Program-made: the position numbers and the translations under genes
Part shown: positions 33,654 to 48,657 of the stretch, in pieces
Position numbering within the stretch: position 1 is the first letter of the stretch
Layout of the letters: each line of letters starts with the position of its first letter
Assembly (NCBI GenBank): GCA_951406725.2
Contig: OX597817.1
Location: 65,038,001 to 65,102,000 of the forward strand
Direction of reading: 5' to 3'
DNA length: 64,000 nucleotides
Source of the DNA: Octopus vulgaris
Taxonomy: Eukaryota
The notes under the pieces: generated by a model
What the model saw: the letters and a program-made list of their open reading frames with translations, nothing else
Database searches by the model: none
Told to the model about the DNA's origin: nothing

Positions 33654-36600
33654 GCCTGCTACTAAGCCACTGCAGCCAACACTGTACTAAAACACTACCG
33701 CTCCAGCAATACCTCCAAACCACTTTCATACTTCATCGATCACTTGTCTACTCTACTGTAAAATAAAAGCTTATCATGTCTTGCTAATACACTACAGCCC
33801 GAACCAACCCAGTTCAGCCCTGTGCAGCACACATCAGTTATGTCCAGTCTTGTTTAGTCTTGTCCAGTCCTGTTCAGCCCAGTCAGCATATCCTCCGTGA
33901 TTCGATACAAACTCAGATGTCTTTGATATCTTTTCTACATGCAATCGTCAACAATAAGCTTATTCGATATATAATCTCAAAAAGTGGATTGAATGGATGG
34001 TATAAGGCTTAATTCATCACCCGGTTTAACACGCCACATGGCCTTGCGCCAGAAGGTCTAGTGGAGTCCATTCTATTGCATGTATTTAGATCAAGTCACT
34101 CTGATTTGAACAAACATACTCGATATATTAATTTGTTGCTTTCTATAGCAGCAAGTGGAACAGGCAAGACAATAATGACTTCTCAAATACGACTTAACTG
34201 CATGAAATCTAAGGCCCCAAATTTTTATTATAGTTTGGGGGTCCACCTATGACTTTGGTTAGACAGAAAGTGTGGAAGGCAGTCAGATGCTCTGGATTTG
34301 TAACTGAAAGGACCAGTTTTGTTACACTATGTTACCCTGATTGCTTGTTAGTGTGTGTGTGTGTGGGGGGGCGTGTGTGTGTGTTTGTGTGTGTGTTTGT
34401 ATATGTGAGTTCTCTCTCCTTTTCTCCTTTACGATCCTCCAATTCTTCCTCCATTGAGCATGTCATAAAAATATGGATATTCATGTAATATAGGGATCCT
34501 TGAGAAGAAACAGGGGGATGGTAATAGAAGAATCGTAGGAAATGAAACTGCTAGTATTGAAACTATAATAGACACATATTTGAAGCCATTTGAGGGCAGT
34601 GAGCTGGCAGAGTCGTTACCACACCGGGCAAAATTCTTAGCGACATTGCATCCGTCTTTACCTTCTGAGTTCAAATTCCGCCGAAGCTGTCTTTGCCTTT
34701 CATCCCCTTCAACTTACTCCTTCCCCCGAAATTGCTGGCCTTGTGCCAAAGTTTTAAAAACTATTATTTAAAGTCATTTGCCAAATATTTACAATTCCGT
34801 AACCATTATTGGTTTTAGGAAATGCTATGTGTGTATGTGTGTGTGTGTGTACAGACATATACCATATACATGCATACATATACATGTACACACACTGACA
34901 TACCAGACATAGAGTTAATGCATCAATAAAATTCCGAAAATGATTGGCCCTAACGTTGATATATACGTATATATATATATATATATATATATATTCTTAG
35001 GGCAATCATTCTGTGAATTTTATTGATCTGGTGTTTATAGCAATATTATCAAAATCGCTTGCAAATACTGTACACAATCTTTTAAAATTATGTGTGACGT
35101 CACTAGAATGTATTCCTGTGGCGTCAATTCGACATAAATGATGCTTGGATCAATTTATATAGCCATATCTCTATTTTGGTTCCCTTTGAACTGAATACAG
35201 AAGCAAGGTTTGTTAAACTATACTTTGAGTTGAATAAATAAACGTTTGTAGTTATAAATAATTTTTTTTCTATTAATGCTTTGTAATTAAACATTAAGTC
35301 TAAATTCCTAAATTTCTCAGCTGATTCTAATAGTTTTCATTACCGCACCCTGATTGTTTTCAGGACCTCTATTTTAGAAGAGCAAACAGAAATGTATTTT
35401 TTTCTTTGTTCTCATTGTTGTTTAGTCCTATATCAGTTCTTTGGAATTGTCGGTTGGAAGCAGTAGAAAATATAGTCGATTCCACTTAATTGCATATACA
35501 TTGAAACTGAAATTCTTTTGCAGTTAGCTGAAGTATGCAATTAACCGAATTCGTGTAGAAGGCAAATTCTAAAAGTTCAGTATATTGTCAGCACAAGTAT
35601 TGAAACTGTCCCTCATTAATGATTTATGACATAAAAAAGAATGTTTAATGATGCATTTTGTATTATTTTATTTTTAAAATATATAAAGAAATATCTTTTT
35701 AGGAATATGAAATTACTAGGAGGAATGGATTCCCAGTTCCTTCGCTCCCATCCCTTTTAGTCGCCTCTCACATCCCACAGGGAATACGGTGACAGCATTC
35801 TACCGCACCCCTCCCCAGTCGCAGTGGGGTTTGTTAGTTAACCCATAGCTGGGGCCTTTACAAATGCTACCACTCCGGGCCAGAGTCGACCTGGGAACAA
35901 AAGTGTCTAAGAGGTGGTTCCATACTCCTCAAACCCTGAAACCAGGGCCCCAGGATCCCACTACTGGATGTAGTTTATAATCATACTCACAACAAAAGAA
36001 ATGTCGGTTTGAAAACGTATTACAAAATTTTCACAGTTCATATATTTAATCGATCTACAACAATTTTCTTTAGCAAGAAACTGATAAATTAGTTATTTCT
36101 TATTCGGGGTATGCAATTTCAAATATCACAATGATGTCTTGTTGATAAATTCTGTAATCTTTGACTGCAACTGTATACGTTTCGTATAAATCTTTAATGA
36201 CACAAAAATTGTCAAAATATTCTGTTATTCTCTTCGAATAAGTTTGTCATTGTTGTTAGAGAGAGTTTAATGACTGTTTTTCTGACAAGTAGCATCGTAT
36301 CTTTCTTCATCATCTTCATCATTGCTGTCTTTACAAACTTATGATCTTGTACCACAATTTTGGAATGTGGAAACTAATTTGCACGAGGCATTAATAAACT
36401 CATTGTAAAATGGAATGATGTTATAGACAACACTGGAAGAATATATCTATAAGCATTACATTTTTGAAATTTCATTGGGCATGATAAAAATGGAACGAAT
36501 TTTTTTTTCAGCTCGATAATTAATAAAAGACTTAAGGTAGTTCCAGGTATTTTCTGTTACCACTGCAAGAGAGGCTACACGCCTTCTTCAGCGGAGGGGG

Positions 36601-37129
36601 AAGCCACAGTGGTAAACCAGCCTTTCGGGAACAATTAATGACCATGAAAACCTTTAGAAAGTTACTCGAATTTTGCGGCTACAAGCTGGAGTAACATGCT
36701 GTCATGAGATTTTCTTAGCAAGGTTATTTATTGGATGTCCTTTAGCGATGAATCAGTTTTCTGAGAAAGGACCTCAATAAAATGATTTCAAATCCTTGAT
36801 AATGCTTTGGTTGCAACCGATATTCTGTTTGCTGGAAGAAGCATAAACCAAATTGATTTGTTAATAGTTTGTAACTGTTGTGTAGATAGTACAATAGTCA
36901 ACATGCCATACAACTTTTCTATTTTTCTGAGTCATCTCTTTGTGGAATTCTAAATATCTCTTTAGACATCCAAGCGTCCTTACTATCCTTTATAGGTAAC
37001 CGAAAATGTCTACCTACTAATAATTTTCTCATAAATGCAACTCTGATTCTGCATTTTTTGCTTTCGCTTATCTTCTTCACTATGAGTATGATTTTGATAG
37101 ATTCTCTAGTACAGTGCAGTTTCGTCTAT

Positions 37130-37935
37130 ATTGTAGACACCATCAGAGATACGAATTTATTGAATATTAGGTAAAGCTGTATCAGTTCAGATACCAGCTC
37201 TGAATTATTCACCTGATCTAGTGCTTTATATATATAATACATTCTCAAAAACGAAATAAAAGACTCCAGCATAAGATTATATAGGGACGACGGTCTAGGA
37301 GTAGTACATACCAAAAATGTACGTGGTATGGATAAGATAAAGAAAAAAATTATGCAAAACATTTAGACAATTTAACCTATAAAATAACATTTAACCGCGA
37401 AGAAGTTAATTTCCTAAACATGAATATGAATCTTAGTAAAGACAAATTTAAACCCTACAATAAACCAAAAGAGGACACCGCCTACATTGACAGATGCTCT
37501 AACCGCCCACTCTCAATAATAAAACAATTAGTTAACAGTATTAGTCGGTGTATTTCCGACCTATCCGCTGATGAAACCATTTTAAGAAGGCCGCTCCATA
37601 TTACAACGTTGCATTAGAAAGGTCCAGTTTAAAAAATAGTATAACCTATATTGAATCAAACATAGATAAGCTAAAAAGACGTAGACAGTGGAAATATTAT
37701 TGCATAATCCTCCATACAGTGTGAATGTTGTTACGAATACAGCTAGGGAGTTTTTGAAACTCATAGATACCCACTTCCCACATTGACATAAATACCACAA
37801 GATCTTCAATAGAAATACAGCCAAAGTTAGCTACAGTTGCCTCCCCAATATAGGATCGATGATTTTCACTCACCATATGACTATCAACATCAACATTAGG
37901 AATACCCGCCTTCACACCGAAAGATCCTGTAACTG
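37130..37935 (+). mobile_element. Decayed Penelope-like element, RT core and thumb/linker
   Basis: YRDDGLG, VNFLNMNMNL..KFKPYNKP, SNRPLSIIKQL, NPPYSVNV, KIFNRNTAKVSYSCLPN. Confidence 0.8.
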
Positions 37936-38985
37936 TAGAATCCCGGAACATCTGTCCAGGAATTGAACTCACGACTTTATGATCTTAAGCTTAATAGTCC
38001 TAACCGTTAGGCCACGCATCTTCACAAGACTTGGTAATACAAATGGAAGAAATAGAGCTAAGTACATCAAGTACAATTTATCTATTTATTTATCTATTTA
38101 TATGTTAAAGCGACGTAGGTAACTCAAAAGCCTAGAGTCTCATTGCATAGTATAAGTATGTGTATGTATATTTGTCTGTCAGTCTGTGTGTGTGTATGCA
38201 TGCATATATATGTATGTGTATACATGTACGTATGTATATAACATGTATTTAAGAAAGTTACAGTCTACAGTTGAAATTACCCCAAAACGCTGTGTAATGT
38301 ACAGTGCACTATAAATTTACTAATTAAGCCCAATTTGTCTCGTAGCTATATTAGTTGTCTTCAATGCCGTCTGCTTGTCTTTTTGTCGTTAATAGTGTTG
38401 TTCTTTCTGTTGCTGCTGTTACTGTTGCTAATCACGGTGTTGTTGTTTCTGTCGTTATGCGGTTGATGTTGACGTTCTTGTAGTTCTTGTAGTGTCATTC
38501 ATGATAGTAGCAATGATTACTAATGGTATTATCGTCATTGTATTTTGCTTTGCGTTGAGAAGGTTATTGAGTTTGTCTTTATGGTTGTTGCTGTTATTGG
38601 AAGTTTTATTTTTGACTCCCTATGATATTACCTATTTGAGACTACCATTATCAAATACATTTTTCTCATTTTTCTGACTATATCTAGCTCCTTGAGTAAC
38701 TAAATAGGAGCTCCGTAGGTTTTCATAACGTTGTTGCTGCTTTTGTTGGCCTCCACATCATAAAGAAAGATTCAGATTGCGTGGTAAGAAGGTTGCTTTC
38801 CAACCACATGGTTTCGGGTTCAAGTCTTGTGCGTGGAATCGTGGATAAGAGTCATCATAGCCCTGGGCTGACCAAAACTTTGTGAGTGAAACTGGAAGGC
38901 GAAAAATGAAAGAAATACATATACATACATACATACATACATACATACATACATACATACATACATACATACATACATACATACA

Positions 38986-39092
<107 letters not shown>

Positions 39093-40171
39093 AATGAATA
39101 GAAATGGCCTTTCTAATAATTTTTCCACTTCAATAATTAGATGTTTATAAACTGAGTTCAATTTGTTCGATAAAACCCTTCAAAAGGGCACCCCAGCATG
39201 GCTAAAAGAAGTAAAAAGTAAAGGGCATTGTAAACTTTCCGTGGGTTTCTTGATTCTTCTATATTCGTGTCTTTCATTTTGCTCTGTCAGCTGAATGTAG
39301 TAGAGTCGTGGTGGCGAACAACACAATTCAATAGATTCCGAACTGAGAGATCAACGGTTCGAAGCAGCAAGAGAGCCGAACTAGGGAGGGAGGATCTATG
39401 TGATCATTCAATCTGCTAAAAGCTGCAGTCATATCTCTCTCAAAACACCTCTAGTGTTTAGAATGAGGAAAGACACGTCAGTTAATATAGTCTTTGAGAC
39501 TCTCTGAAAACTCATAAGGGTGATGGATCAGAGTTAACCAAAGGAGAAACTATATCAACCATATTTCACGTTCTGTTAATGTCCTGTGCTGTGTTCTATA
39601 GCCATAAGTATTTAAGTCTCATATTCTCAATCTATTTCAGTACAGGTTAGACTATGCTCCTCTGAAGTCAAATAACAGCGAAACAAATTTGGACTGATCA
39701 GCCTACTGCCTCTGTTTTTATTGTTTTTTAATCTTTGAAATACATACATACATACGTGTGTGTGTGTGTGTGTTTACATTTGTTGCTAAATAAGGTATTG
39801 TGGCCCACTATGTCTCAAAATTCATAAAGCAGAGATCTATAAAATAAATGCCAGATTGAAATACGTATTGAGGTCAGTATGATCAATTAAATCTTTGAAG
39901 GTGATACTCCATTATTGCTAAAGTGGAAAGACAACCCAGTAAAATAATGTTTAAAGACTTAATGGCTGGATTACTAACCGTAAGATAATGAGTTGAAAAT
40001 TTCATATTGAACTTCAACTCTATGCGATGTACATCTCAGTTTACTTCACTTCCAACAATTAACAACTGTAATTTGAAGTTGAATGATTAGCAGTAAGGAA
40101 GATATACAGATTTCTTAAAAAATTATTGTACAAAATATTCTGAGAAAAAGAATTTTTCACTACAAGACAAC

Positions 40172-40231
<60 letters not shown>

Positions 40232-40804
40232 GAGGTGTCTGGAGGTAATTTGAGCTACTACAAATAACAGCCAAATCGCTCTTAAATCACACCCTTTCGT
40301 CAAAAGAAAGTCACAGATTTACAGTATTTCAGGAAGAAAACAAACAAAAAAAGCGTATGCGATGGGTCTGCTACATCAGCGGCAACTCTGGGCTAAACAA
40401 AACACAGACAAACATACTTCATATTAAACGATTATCCACTAAATAATACGAATAATGTTGACGGTATATCTTCTATGTTTCATTCCCTGATAAAACATTT
40501 TCTCATTATGCTGTAAGACAAAAAAATGTTCATGCAGAGTTGCCTCCCTTAGCTAAAGACCTCAAAGTTGTGCGACCCAACCTAGTTCTCAAGATTACTT
40601 TTGTAGTAAAAAAGAGTTGTTGTGCCACAAACATACTTTATTTGGTAGCCGAAAGATTACTGAATCGTTTGATACCTCATACATCAAAATCGGCAACTCA
40701 GTTTTCGAATCCATAACTAACATACGCACACACACCGTGCGCGCGCACATACACACAAACTCTGTTTTTTTTTTATAAGATTTTTTTATATATTGTATAT
40801 ATGC

Positions 40805-41390
40805 ATTATGGCTGCCCCCTCGTTATCGAGTATGGCCATTGCACGATGCTTAACTGTTACTGGTGCTGTGATCGAATGTGACTTTTTAGCCCAGCTAAAG
40901 ATCTACAATATCTTGTACAAAATTGGCAACTAAAACCTTTACTGGTAATAGCCGGCTGTAATTGTAACTGGGCTTCATATACCTTTGCATGTCGTTTAAG
41001 TCCTCCTGCCGAATTAAACTCTCTTCCACATGCCCGACAGAAATGATTAGTATGATGTGTTACACCACCACCAGTGGCCAGGTTGTCACTCATCTGTCTC
41101 ATTTTATGACTACGAAGATGACATTGAGTCCAGCTTTACTGAGGGAGGGTCTTGCACAGACATTGCATGTCAGCATCAAAGGAAGACCCTTCCCTTCTGG
41201 AAGTGTAACAGCGATGCCCTTCCTGACATCCCTCCTTACTTTCTCATGTGCAACTCGAGATTTCTCAAAAGTGGCTTTCCCCTCATGCACAATCCTTCTC
41301 CACCTGCTACGATCAATAGCTATGCCTTCCCATGTGTCAGGAGAGATGCAAGTATCTCGTAAGGAAGCCTTCAGCAAGTCCTTATACCTA
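40805..41390 (-). mobile_element. 3' end of an RTE (BovB-like) LINE with C-terminal C2H2-like fingers
   Basis: RYKDLLKASL..WEGIAIDRSRWRRIVHEG; CNVC.., CRACGREFNSAGGLKRHAK, CQFCTRYCRSLAGLKSHIRSQH. Confidence 0.8.
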
Positions 41391-43718
41391 TACATACATA
41401 CATACATACATACATACATACATACATACATACATACATACATACATACACACACACACACGCTTATATATCCCTAGTTGACCAATATCTTGTGAGTGTA
41501 GTTTGATTGACAATGACTGCCTTCGTATACGCAAGCCCGCATACATTTGTGTGCGAGCATGAGTGTGCATGTGTGTGTATGCCTGCCTGCCTACCTTTGT
41601 GTATGCATATCCGTTTCAGTGGTGCATCGAGCTGTATCCTTTGTATAAAAAAATTAAGTTAGCCTTTCGATAAAGAAAGCTTGATAAAATAAGTACTAGA
41701 CTTTTACGTGGCCTACATGCTACACACCCATTTCAGTATGGCAGCTGTTTGCACTCGCCTCTCTCTACATTTATTACAGTTAATCATAATTTCCATTTAA
41801 TACCATGTCTAACAGGCCAACAGAAAGTCATATTGTCAGTGGAAAGCCGAAAAGAAAATATGTTCAAGAAGGTAGTGTTATTTATGAGAATTTTAAGTGG
41901 ATCAATAGAAATCAAACAAGCCTGCTTTAGAATTATATTATCTTACGTCTGTTATTTTATAATTTAAGTATTGTAGTTCCTTACGGAAGTTACAACTCCA
42001 TTAAATAGATAGTAGACAAACTAAGGTCGTCTCTATGGCGACATTCATGAAATGGTTAGCATTTTTATTTACAGTTTATATGTTTTTACTTGTGTCTATA
42101 TTTCTATGTTCGTGTTTGTTTTTGTTTATATACTTTAAAAACAACCAAATGATCATTTTAATTTCAGAATTACTATACTTAGTATATATTAAGCCTTGGT
42201 TCCCCCGAACCGGAAAATCCAGAAATTCGATAAATGGCTCAGTATCTGCAACGCTCACTAAATACTTTCGAACCGGATTATTTATTGTTGACTGTTGTAA
42301 ACTTAGAGAATTTTTTTCATTATACAATAAATAGTTATATTTAATTGCTCAAGTTATACATCGTATTATTCCTTAAATGACATAAGATAATAGGTACATG
42401 CAATTAAAATTCAGGTCGAATGTGTGCTTAAACTCCAGCTTTAAATGTAAGGCTATGATAGGTACGTATTGACTATAGGCAATGTACCGATCGAGTTGCT
42501 ATATGCATAACAGAACAAAGGCATAAAAAGGTAGACAACGGGTGTCAAGTCATATTATGACATATTTATTTAATACAACATATCGAGAAGATCAAATACA
42601 TAAAGGAGTATATATAGCTGGAGGTAGGTCAGTAAAAGTTCCGATTGGTAAAGTTCTTAATAGTTGCTATGTAAACTGCGGGATAAAGCAGAAAGGAAGT
42701 CCATAGTGTTGATACGACATAGTTTCATAGGTAGATGAATGGTGCCATAGGTAAAAACCTCGTATATGATAGAAAAAAATGTGCAGATAGTCCTTTACAG
42801 CTGTTTCTAGAATGGGTGCGTAATTGGTGCAGTTCTCTGCCTGTTGCACACATCGAATTTTGTGGCAACTTATTCCATCTCCGGATGGATAATGGATAGA
42901 CACTCCATGAAGAAATGAACATAGATGAAAAGAGGCAGATTTATGAAAGGTCTAAAACTAAAGGAAGATATAGAGATGAAATGTGCTATGTGTTTATATA
43001 GGGACGAGAGGTTTTTAAGGGTATGGTATAGGAGGGAGAAGACAAACAGTTGTTACGGTGAAGTGAGGAGATAGCGATAGGGGTTATTAATTCTGCCAAT
43101 TTGGCAAGAGATGTTAAGGGTGATAGAAAACCTAAGAGCGATGAGGGAAGTAGGATAATAAGAGATAATGTACATAGTTCTTCGCAACAAGCGCTTTCTA
43201 AGAGAGAGATAGAGTCAGTGTTAACCATCTGATCAAAACCATGATGGAGCATCTAAAGTTTATTCTGGCTTTTTCTACACCTCTATTTGGTGGACATGGC
43301 GGAAGCAGTTCTAATTCAGTGGTAGCCCTTGCAGATGGATTACCTGCTATCTAAGAGAGACATAAATCTACCTTATTAAACGTCTCAAAAGAATCCTAGG
43401 TTACATTTTGTAATTCTTTTGGGAGGTGGTTGTATAACTGTAGACCTTTAAATGCCACATTATTGCTTTATAAGTGTCTGGTGTAGGAATTTGAGGAGAC
43501 AAGTGTCGAAATCGAACAACACACACCATTTCACTACTAACATCAAATCTATCAGGAAGAGGCAGAATGAATAGTTGGTTCCTTCCTTCCTTAAAATACA
43601 TTTTCATTGTTTGGCAAATCAGATGAGTCCAAGGAAAACGTCTTAACTCTTTCTGCATTTTGCATGCTGGCACGGGTGTGCAAAAGGCTAAAATACCACA
43701 GTCACGCCTGCGTCTCTC

Positions 43719-43808
<90 letters not shown>

Positions 43809-44505
43809 CATATGTATGTGTGTGTGAGGGAATGGGGAGTGTGTGAAGGTGCATGATCTAATGGTTATGGTGTTGCATTCACGATCGCTAGATTGTGGGT
43901 TCGATTCCCGGACCGGGTGGTAGGTTGTGTTTTTGAGCAAAACACTTCATTTCACGTTGCACCAGTCCACTTAGCTGCAAATGGGTAACCCTGCAACGGA
44001 CTAGCCCTCCGATCAGGAAGAATGTTGGCCTGCTCACCTACTCAGCGGGGTAGCATCATTCGAATGCTAAAACGATGCCAAAGCGCACTGTGACCAGCGG
44101 TGTATAACAACATCTGAAAGACTGGTCAATCACGTGATATATATATATATATATACACATAGATACACACATTCACACACGTACGCACACATACCTCCCA
44201 CACACACATCACATACTCATACAGACACGCACACAATTACGCACACATGGGTATAAACACACACGCACACATACATTAACAGCTACAACCACACACACAC
44301 ATACGCACATACACGTGTTATCATTACACATACACACACACCTGCACCTACGCACATCCCCACACATACCTCCTTCTCTTGCACTCTCCTGTCTTAGAAA
44401 GAACTTTTTCTTCACCCATTCTCTTCCGGTCATTTCGATATGTGACCGCGTGTGTATTGTTGGCGATTTTATTTCTCCGTTTTCCCTTCTTTGAACCTTT
44501 TCTAC

Positions 44506-44540
44506 ATTTCTGATGAGGAGCCCCGCTTGAAACGTGAAAT
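44506..44540 (+). ncRNA. Degenerate minimal hammerhead in a Penelope-LTR-like fragment (about 44370-44640)
   Basis: ATTT-CTGATGA-ggagccccgctt-GAA-ACGT-G-AAAT; G at the cleavage position suggests it is inactive. Confidence 0.5.
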
Positions 44541-44638
44541 CCTCTTTCTTTTCTTTCCTTTCATGAACGTCCAATATCACAGTACTTGTTCCACGTCCTC
44601 GCGTGGTTGTTTTTTTCTTGCTTGTACTTGTTTGGATT

Positions 44639-44706
<68 letters not shown>

Positions 44707-45416
44707 CCTTCGAAACACGCATTGAGACGAAACAGGGGCAGCTGATGAAGGGGAATATCCCTTGTATTGTTTGTCTTGTTCTCTGTTTTTTCGTTGTTAA
44801 AAAAAGTCCGTTTCCTTGTTTGATTTTATGTTTTCGTTTCTCGTTGTGTTCTACGTTTATTTGTGGTGTCCTGTACTCATATATATATATATATATGCAT
44901 GTATATATACATATAGATGTAGGTATGTACATATATGTATGTATGTATGCATATGTTTTATTTATTAAATTGTTATCATATGATTGAACGCCTCGCGTCG
45001 ATTTCTTTTTTCTTATTCTCCAAGTAAGTTTTTATTATATATATATATGTGTACAAATATAAAACATGTATATATATATATATATGTGTATGTGTGTGTG
45101 TTTGTGTGTACACACATATGCATATGTAATAGTTATTTGTATGGATGCATATAAATATATATGCATATACATAGGTTAGTAGAGTTAGAGGTTGGAACAA
45201 CCGTCTAAGGGATAAAGTATCCGTTATACTACCAGTATAATTACCTATGTTAACCCTGGACATGCATACGCAAGCATAGTATGCCCATAGATTACAGGTG
45301 ATGACAAAGATAAACATGAGGTTATCAGGAATCAAATTTAAAGTAAACAGAAAATGGAGAATTATTGATCAACAACAATTGACTTATATCAATTATTATT
45401 TTTTAATTCAATACAT

Positions 45417-45797
45417 GGAAGCACTCCGTCGGTTTCGACGACGAGGGTTCCGGTTGATCCGAATCGACGGAACAGCCTGCTCGTGAAATTAACGTGTAAG
45501 TGGCTGAGCACTCCACAGATACGTGTACCCTTAACGTAGTTCTCGGGGATATTCAGCGTGACACAGAGAGTGACAAGGCCGGCCCTTTGAAATACAGGTA
45601 CAACAGAAACAGGAAAAAAGGCTGAGAGAAAGTTGTGGTGAAAGAGTACAGCAGGGATCACCACCATCCCTGCCGGAGCCTCGTGGAGCTTTAGGTGTTT
45701 TCGCTCAATAAACACTCACAACGCCAGGTCTGGGAATCGAAACCGCGATCCTACGACCGCGAGTCCGCTGCCCTAACCACTGGGCCATTGCGCCTCC
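45417..45797 (-). mobile_element. tRNA-derived SINE (family C), young full-length copy
   Basis: GGAGGCGCAATGGCCCAGTGGTTAGGGC..GGTTTCGATTCCC head; 12-bp TSD AATTCAATACAT (45405-16, 45798-809). Relatives at about 28683-29000, 29860-30140, 30370-30690, 43845-44135 and 52560-52720. Confidence 0.85.
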
Positions 45798-46471
45798 AAT
45801 TCAATACATATAGACTGCATTACAAATGCGGGTGTGTGTGTTTGTGGGTGCATGTTTCTGTGGATATATAACTATGCATGTATATATGTATCTATGTGTG
45901 TGTATGTTTTTATGGGTACATATCTATGTATTTCTGCCTGTATATTTCGTATAAACTTAAATGCATCTACATACAAATCCATAGATTCAAATACACATTG
46001 AATGTTATATATGAATATGTATTCTAAACATATACACGTATGCATTTACACAAATGTACAGCAAAGACACACAACAGCTGGGAAATGGCTTGCTCTATTT
46101 ACTCAACGGTACACAAATGTACATAACACACACAGAGCCTACACACACACACACATATACATACACACGCACACAACTCACACACATATACACATACAGA
46201 ACATATACATAAAAAACACAAACAGAACATATACGTAAGAAAACAAAGACATATATACAAAATGCACCCAGATGTACATACATACACATACATATACAAA
46301 GGGGAGGCATATATCAAACCTACGAAGGACCCTCTACTTCGTCGCTCGACCTGCTAGATATAGCGGCCAAATCTCCATCAAAATCACTCCATATCATCTA
46401 ACCGCGACCCCATCACAAAAAAAAAAAAATGTTAGAATACGGTGTCCAGGGTTCCCTGCAGATGGGAAATC

Positions 46472-46513
<42 letters not shown>

Positions 46514-46853
46514 TACACATATATAATATAAGTATATACACACATATGCATATATATATATATATATATACAGATTTATACATACACAACTACATACGTA
46601 TACAGGTAAATATATTTACACAGAAAACACAGGTACCCTTACAAAGCACAAACACAATTACAAATTTACGCTTATACTCAGAAAACGCACGACACACACA
46701 CACACATACACACACACATTACAAAAGATACACACGGACACACTCACGCACACACACAACCATACAGATGACACAAATATAAACACATTTACAAAACTCA
46801 GTTGTACACATGGGCATGCAAAAAGCACACACGCAAACGCACACACACACACA

Positions 46854-46920
<67 letters not shown>

Positions 46921-47363
46921 TTCATTATGAACATTTGTTGCAGGCCGAAGTATGAATGGTTCATTCTAGAATTTAAGGTAAAAGAGAAAGAAAAGAGAAA
47001 ACAGAAAGAGAGAAGGAAATAGCAAAAAGGAGAGAGTGAAAGGGTGAGTGACAGTCAGAATGAGAGACAGAAAGAAGAAGAGAGAGAAGAAAGGGGCGGA
47101 GTGAAATCAATACTTGAGTCAAGCTAGCTTTGATAAACACGTTTTATGAATAAAAAGAAGAGGAATACCGGGTGAGCAGAGCTGTTCTAGCTTTGTCAAT
47201 GCAATTTCCATATATGGCCATGAGGATTCTCCAAACAGATCGATATTTTAGAGCTGTGACGTCAAACGATGGTCTAAAAATAGATTTGCACGCCACGCTG
47301 GAAAGCTTGCATGCATTTCATGTGTGCATACTTGCACTTAGATGCACAATCAGAAGCCAACGA

Positions 47364-47517
<154 letters not shown>

Positions 47518-48074
47518 GTGTGTGTGTGTGTGTGCGTGTGTGTGTGTGAATATATATCCAGCTGTTTACGTCCTGGGTTCAAATCTCACTGAGATCAGCT
47601 TTGCCTTTTATCATCCATTCGGGGTCGAGAAAATATCGTACCTACCAAGTACCCAAGTACTGCGCACTGGGGTTTGATGGCTAATCCCTCTTCTCAAATA
47701 TTTTTTTAAAAATCATTATATATGCACACCCCCGCCACACACAAGAAAATGTATGTGCACATGTATGTATATACATAAGTGTTGCAAAAACCGCTCAGAC
47801 TCACTATTCTTGATAAACATTTAAATAGAAAACACTGAGATTGCACCGGCCCAAACAACGATGGTAACTAAAAGAAAAGCCGCAGAAAAGAATATACCCG
47901 CAAGGTAATAAAACTTTAGCTACATGGAAACACCGTGAGACAGCTGCTTAACTTTACTAGTACTATACCAATACCTTAATAAATACGGGAGGTTTTTCTG
48001 ATGCATCCAGTATACATGCATACATGTATACATACATGCATATACACACATACATACATACATACATACATACA

Positions 48075-48107
<33 letters not shown>

Positions 48108-48597
48108 GCTTGTGTCTAAATATAAGCATGGATGCATGCTCTTATGGATGTCCCAAGATGCAGATCACGGTTTTGCACCTACGTAACTGATATTTTTAGT
48201 AGAAGCAGATGTAAGGCCAATACGGTTTTTTTCCAATAATTTCTAAAATAGGAAATTTCCTATCCCGCTCCAACTGAAGATTATCAGCTACTTTTTTTAA
48301 AAGCAATTTACTCATAATGTGAATTCACGTGACTGTATACAATTTAGATATTGGTATAAAAGGTGCAAGGTCAGGTAGAGCTGCTTGTTTATACACACAC
48401 ACACACAGACAGACACATACACAAGAATATATATATATATATACACACACACACCTTTAAACATTTATGCGTCTGCCGTCAACGCTATGCATATGTAGCT
48501 AAACATTCTTTCTCTCTTTTTCCATTTCTCTCCTTTCCTTCTCTCTTTCCGTCTCTCACTTTCTCTGTATATGTAAACACAAACACACATACGCACG

Positions 48598-48657
<60 letters not shown>

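Noticed and set aside
42035-42334. Hydrophobic 99-aa ORF with a signal-like start
   Set aside because: T-rich composition explains the hydrophobicity; no recognisable domain or exon chain.
45720-45797. tRNA gene
   Set aside because: A/B boxes belong to a SINE head that continues into a SINE body bounded by a TSD.
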